DNA of 64,000 nucleotides from an uncultured Acidobacteriota bacterium (GTDB lineage: Bacteria > Acidobacteriota > Terriglobia > Terriglobales > Acidobacteriaceae), in the NCBI GenBank assembly GCA_963777415.1, contig CAVZQL010000009.1, forward strand, positions 122,457 to 186,456, in the 5' to 3' direction. The position numbers and the translations under genes are program-made. Shown here in pieces: positions 60,514 through 64,000 of the stretch; the stretch's first letter is position 1; each line of letters starts with the position of its first letter. Below the pieces are notes generated by a model, which had not been told where the DNA came from, did no database searches, and saw nothing but the letters and a program-made list of their open reading frames with translations.

Positions 60514-60876
60514 TCACGCTGCATTTGCGAACGAAATCTGATCTATGCTCCGGACGATCGCGGGCCGAGAGGCTGAAGTGATCGGCACCACAGGCGCCGG
60601 CTGAGAACCACCTATCGGTGCCGCTAATCGCCGCGGCAGACCCATGACGCGCTCCCACCGTCGCCAGAAGTAATCGGCAACCCGCGGAGTTGCGGCGGAC
60701 AGCTCCGCTGCATTTCGCCACTCGATTGCTGCGGTGTACTGGAAGCCATTGCGCTCATCGCGCTCGGCGGCGCAGCCGTAATGAAGAGCCTTCGCGGCAA
60801 CAACGACATGCGACAACCACCATGCTGTGATGGCTGTGATTGCTGGGTTCCTCTTGTTGTTGTTGCCGCTTGTCAT
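60514..60876 (-). CDS. hypothetical protein (120 aa)
   Basis: ATG 60876 (MTSGNNNK) is preceded by GAGGAGAAGGG and lies ~31 nt after a strong sigma-54-type promoter at 60918-60933. No motif recognised. Confidence 0.5.
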   Translation of the reverse strand: MTSGNNNKRNPAITAITAWWLSHVVVAAKALHYGCAAERDERNGFQYTAAIEWRNAAELSAATPRVADYFWRRWERVMGLPRRLAAPIGGSQPAPVVPITSASRPAIVRSIDQISFANAA

Positions 60877-60917
60877 TGCCCTTCTCCTCGTTTTCAGCCT
60901 CGTACGCACATAGGTAG

Positions 60918-60933
60918 AGCAAGGGCAATGCCA
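60918..60933 (-). promoter_or_regulatory. sigma-54 promoter of hypothetical gene 60514-60876
   Basis: The minus strand reads TGGCATTGCCCTTGCT (TGGCA-N6-TTGCT). Palindrome CTGCCC-GTCGAT-GGGCAT is centred 101 bp upstream. Confidence 0.7.
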
Positions 60934-60966
60934 AAAGTTTCACGGCGCTAAATCATTGAGAGGGGA

Positions 60967-61773
60967 TTAGATGGCGGGCTTTTTGTTCGGCGCGACCGAA
61001 CTCGAACTCGGAAATGCCAACTGCTGCCCGTCGATGGGCATTTGAGCCGTGGCACTGGGCATCGCGACTGACATTATTTCGGCGCGAACTACTCACGGGA
61101 GTTACGGGAAACACACCTCGCGGCTACAGCGGCGTAGACAAAAGACTGCGTGGCATACGGGCTAGCGTCCACGAATCCGGCACTCACTCCCGGTTGTGTC
61201 TGGTTGGTCGCATGGATGAACCAACCCCCGGTGAGGCGGTTAGCAAGCGCCTGCTGGCGCGCTTGGGCGCGCTGTGCAGGAACGGCCAGATCCGAAGCTG
61301 AACACGTGCTTGCGGTTGTAATCCACTTTGCCGTAGCTTACGTTCTTGTCCACCCCGAAGTTAGTCGTAGGCATAATCAGATGCCTTCGAGAAGGTGTAG
61401 AACGCAGTGAACTGCAGGCCCTTGCTGAACCGTTTATCCACGCGGTTTGGCATGAGTTGTACTTGCTGTTTGCATCCGGCGAAACGAAGGACAGGTCGCC
61501 GTCGCAGCACTGCGCAACCGTACGGTCGCTATAGGTCTAGTTATACCGGTTGTGGTGGGCGCGGCGACTCAGGGTCGTGCCTGAGCCCACTCTGGCCTGG
61601 TTCATGTTGTATCCGGCATTACCGGCGTAGACCGCTTCGCCCCAGTTGCCCACGTAGGCGACTTCAGCCGTCAGCGTGTTGGTGAACTGGAACTAAAGAC
61701 TGGCGTTCCAGGAATCCACGGTGGGCAACTGCATCTTGCTTGGACGCACCGAGGGATAGCTCACGCCATTCTG
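60967..61773 (-). pseudogene. decayed C-terminal remnant of a TonB-dependent-receptor-like OMP
   Basis: Own minus-strand translation: PTVDSWNASL*FQFTNTLTAEVAYVGNWGEAVYAGNAGYNMNQ...N*TYSD..., then after a frameshift DKRFSKGLQFTAFYTFSKASDYAYD*, then NFGVDKNVSYGKVDYNRKHVFSFG and LANRLTGGWFIHATNQTQPGVSAGF. These are classical TBDR C-terminal blocks, interrupted by stops and frameshifts. The N-terminal ~800 codons are missing. Confidence 0.7.
61024..61041. promoter_or_regulatory. putative enhancer (UAS) palindrome
   Basis: CTGCCC-GTCGAT-GGGCAT (11/12), 101 bp upstream of the GG at 60931-60932. Lies inside the TBDR remnant. Confidence 0.6.
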
Positions 61774-61958
61774 CTACGGAATGGTGCCTTGCTTAAGAGG
61801 GTCGAGAAGGTGTACGCCGTTGTACAGCCGCGAAGCCACATCCTGCCACTGCAAGCCCAAGCACTCCGAAATCCGACGCACGGCGGCGCGTTCACGAAAA
61901 CCAACCAGCCGCATGATAGAGGTCAAAAGAGTAACAAGTCATTAAGCGTTGCAAGCGA

Positions 61959-63971
61959 CTACGCGCGGGCAGACACTACACTTTCACAGAAGATCTGTAA
62001 TTGTCGGTAACAGTCCAAGGTCTTTTGTATAATTGTCGGCTGCGCGATGTGCGCCGCCTCGAACGGCTGATCACCTGCATCCTCTCTCGGCTCCGCATCA
62101 TTCCAGGCAGGTTGTTCGAGAGAACAAGCGAGTGACTGCAAACCATTTGCGATGTTTTCGCGAACTGATTCCAGCTTTGCGTACCAAGGGTTTGCGTCTG
62201 TTTCATGCGGCCATGCACTCACACACAAGACCAGGTCCGCGGAAGTGGACATCGCGGCAAGAATCTCATTGCTAAGTGCCATGTCGGCCGTGCGGTCCGG
62301 GTCGAATTCGTAGCTAACGACCTCCGCGTAGCCATGCTCCGCGAGAACCAGTCGCTCGATTTGCGTTCTAAGCCCGATGAGCTTGGGTGACAGAGCCACG
62401 GCTCCTGCTTCTTGTCCCATGAGGCGCACGAGTTCTGCTTTCGTACGAAGGATGCGAGCGAGGGTAGTCCGCATCGTGTCGACCGTACGCTCGGGATGTA
62501 CCTGGTGGAAAATGATGAGCATTACGATCAGGCCGAGCATAATGGACAAAATTCGATCCCTGGCCACGATGATTTCGGTTGGAGTCGAAAGGCGTTCATA
62601 CGCCAGCAGAGAAAAAGAATAAAAAAGCTGCAAGCCGATGTAGCTGAAGTACGGACTCGCGGCCATCCACGCTCCTACAAAGGTCACCGCGGCGACCACA
62701 AGAAGGAACGGCGTCACAGATTCAATGTTGGGGAATACAAAGGCGAGGCACCCTAAACCAATGAAGACGCCGCCAATGATGTTCCCAATGAATCGAAACA
62801 ATAACTTTCGATTGGTTGCGCCTGTTGTGCTGAGGCCGGTGAAGAAGACGGTGTAATAACACGCGGATATGCCAGGCCACCCCAACGCGTTGTAGACCAC
62901 AAAAACTATCGCGCCACATACTGAGAGCTTGAAGGCGTACATGAAATAAGCAGGGTTGGTAAACGCGTCCGGAACAAGCAGGGAACGAAGAACTGTAGTG
63001 CGTGACGGAGGCGCTGTGGCGCGATCGCAAGGTATCGGCTCTGCCGTGTCTGCCATTTCACGCAAAGTGCGCTCGAATTGATCGAGTTCTTCGCTGCCGT
63101 GCTGTTCAAAAGGGCCGAGAACGATCACTATTTCTTCGAAGGTCCCTTTGCGGGCAGCCGTCAGTGCATGGCGAATTCGGTCCAGTCGTTCTGAGTCGAT
63201 CTGCTCAAAACGCTCATACATGGAGAAGGCGGCGCCTAGATCGAGTAATCGCGCCATCAAAAGAGTCCTTCTCTCCAGAGTTTGCAGAGACGAGTTGTCG
63301 ATCGCCTGGCGATTTCTGACGCGCTCCAACAAGGCCTGGCCGGGTTCCCGGCCTGTCACTACCAAGCGCTTGAGTTTCATCGATTGGCGGCGGATCTGTT
63401 TCTCACCTGCATTGGTCGCGAAGAGGGTGAATAGCTGCTCGAAAGCGCCAAAGCGGGTGCTCATCTCGCGTTTCAAAACCACCAATGGATCGTTGCGGTT
63501 CAGCAGAAATTCGACAAGCACTGAGCACAGCGCTACCGTCGACAAGGTGCCCATTGGCCACAGCGAAAAATGCAAGATCTGCTCCGGCCGGATCTGCATC
63601 TCCCAAAGCGAAATGACCATATAGCTCAAAGCGCCGAAAGCCATCGAAACAAGAGGAATGAGCGACGCGCGGAAGAAGTACATTGACACAAACGTGCACA
63701 CGGCCAGTCCCAGCACCCGAGCGATTGGTTCATTTCCAGTGCAGATGATCAGGACCAGCCCTGCCGCCGTTCCAAGCAAAGCACCTGTGAGGCACTGGAT
63801 AAGCCCCCCGAAACAACGCTGTGGCGTGTCGTGCGGCACCAGAAACAGCATGTAGAGCGAGGGAGCGATGAAGAAAACCGGGGGCTGCAGGATTAGCAAC
63901 ACGAGGACTGCGAGTGCCATCGACAAGGTAATGCGCAGGCTCGCAGCCATACGTTGGGGAGAGAAGGCCAT
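61959..63971 (-). CDS. FUSC-family (fusaric-acid-resistance/aromatic-acid exporter-like) membrane protein
   Basis: 670 aa. Two polytopic membrane blocks separated by a large cytoplasmic helical region; N-terminus MAASLRITLSMALAVLVLLILQPP is typical of FUSC/AaeB-like proteins. Confidence 0.75.
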   Translation of the reverse strand: MAFSPQRMAASLRITLSMALAVLVLLILQPPVFFIAPSLYMLFLVPHDTPQRCFGGLIQCLTGALLGTAAGLVLIICTGNEPIARVLGLAVCTFVSMYFFRASLIPLVSMAFGALSYMVISLWEMQIRPEQILHFSLWPMGTLSTVALCSVLVEFLLNRNDPLVVLKREMSTRFGAFEQLFTLFATNAGEKQIRRQSMKLKRLVVTGREPGQALLERVRNRQAIDNSSLQTLERRTLLMARLLDLGAAFSMYERFEQIDSERLDRIRHALTAARKGTFEEIVIVLGPFEQHGSEELDQFERTLREMADTAEPIPCDRATAPPSRTTVLRSLLVPDAFTNPAYFMYAFKLSVCGAIVFVVYNALGWPGISACYYTVFFTGLSTTGATNRKLLFRFIGNIIGGVFIGLGCLAFVFPNIESVTPFLLVVAAVTFVGAWMAASPYFSYIGLQLFYSFSLLAYERLSTPTEIIVARDRILSIMLGLIVMLIIFHQVHPERTVDTMRTTLARILRTKAELVRLMGQEAGAVALSPKLIGLRTQIERLVLAEHGYAEVVSYEFDPDRTADMALSNEILAAMSTSADLVLCVSAWPHETDANPWYAKLESVRENIANGLQSLACSLEQPAWNDAEPREDAGDQPFEAAHIAQPTIIQKTLDCYRQLQIFCESVVSARA

Positions 63972-64000
63972 CTCCCGACGGAAGAACTCGAAGCCTGAAA

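Noticed and set aside
61774-61914. 46-codon ORF with RRISECLGLQWQDV resembling the conserved Arg-containing box of tyrosine recombinases.
   Set aside because: Only ~14 residues resemble the motif, the flanks do not, and in-frame stops bound the ORF. This is insufficient to call an integrase fragment. It is mentioned only as context in a finding.

Overview
The window looks like a chromosomal segment of a high-GC (about 58% by eye) Acidobacteriota-like genome. The taxon call is inference from gene content: CarboxypepD_reg/TonB-dependent-type outer-membrane proteins, DUF4136 and DUF2934 proteins, and several sigma-54 activators. I support about 50 protein genes, no rRNA or tRNA gene, and no CRISPR array.

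Gene order, left to right:
- A truncated IS630 transposase.
- A two-gene cassette of unknown function. Its 1248-aa second protein ends in a PD-(D/E)xK nuclease-like motif.
- TetR, DksA/TraR and a Spy/CpxP-like gene.
- A GAF-GAF sigma-54 activator and ECF-like sigma paralog 1.
- A co-directional TolC, MFP, RND, HtrA, Pfk and DedA run.
- A YidE-type transporter and GlgP.
- STAS-MlaEFD-PqiC.
- A 1940-aa propeller and multi-PAS histidine kinase with three response regulators (LuxR-type, REC-only, NtrC-type).
- A long minus-strand cluster: NTP-transferase, frameshifted small CarboxypepD_reg gene, OMP barrel, radical SAM, ECF-like paralog 2, TonB-dependent-like receptor, NTP-transferase, flippase-like/CDP-alcohol-phosphatidyltransferase fusion, EEP hydrolase.
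- A LolA-like protein, DUF2934, Usp and GlgX.
- A zinc-ribbon ORF with ECF-like paralog 3, an alpha/beta hydrolase, a pseudo-receiver and a STAS protein.
- A decayed TonB-dependent receptor and a FUSC exporter.

The strongest signal not explained by ORFs is regulatory. About 20 GG-N10-GC (sigma-54 type) promoter-like sites sit in almost every intergenic region. Most are preceded, roughly 85-100 bp upstream of the GG, by a shared palindrome, CTGCCC-N6-GGGCAG. This suggests one enhancer-dependent regulon that couples envelope, efflux, lipid head-group and glycogen genes with three paralogous ECF-like sigma factors.

All promoter and motif calls were made by eye and need computational and experimental confirmation.
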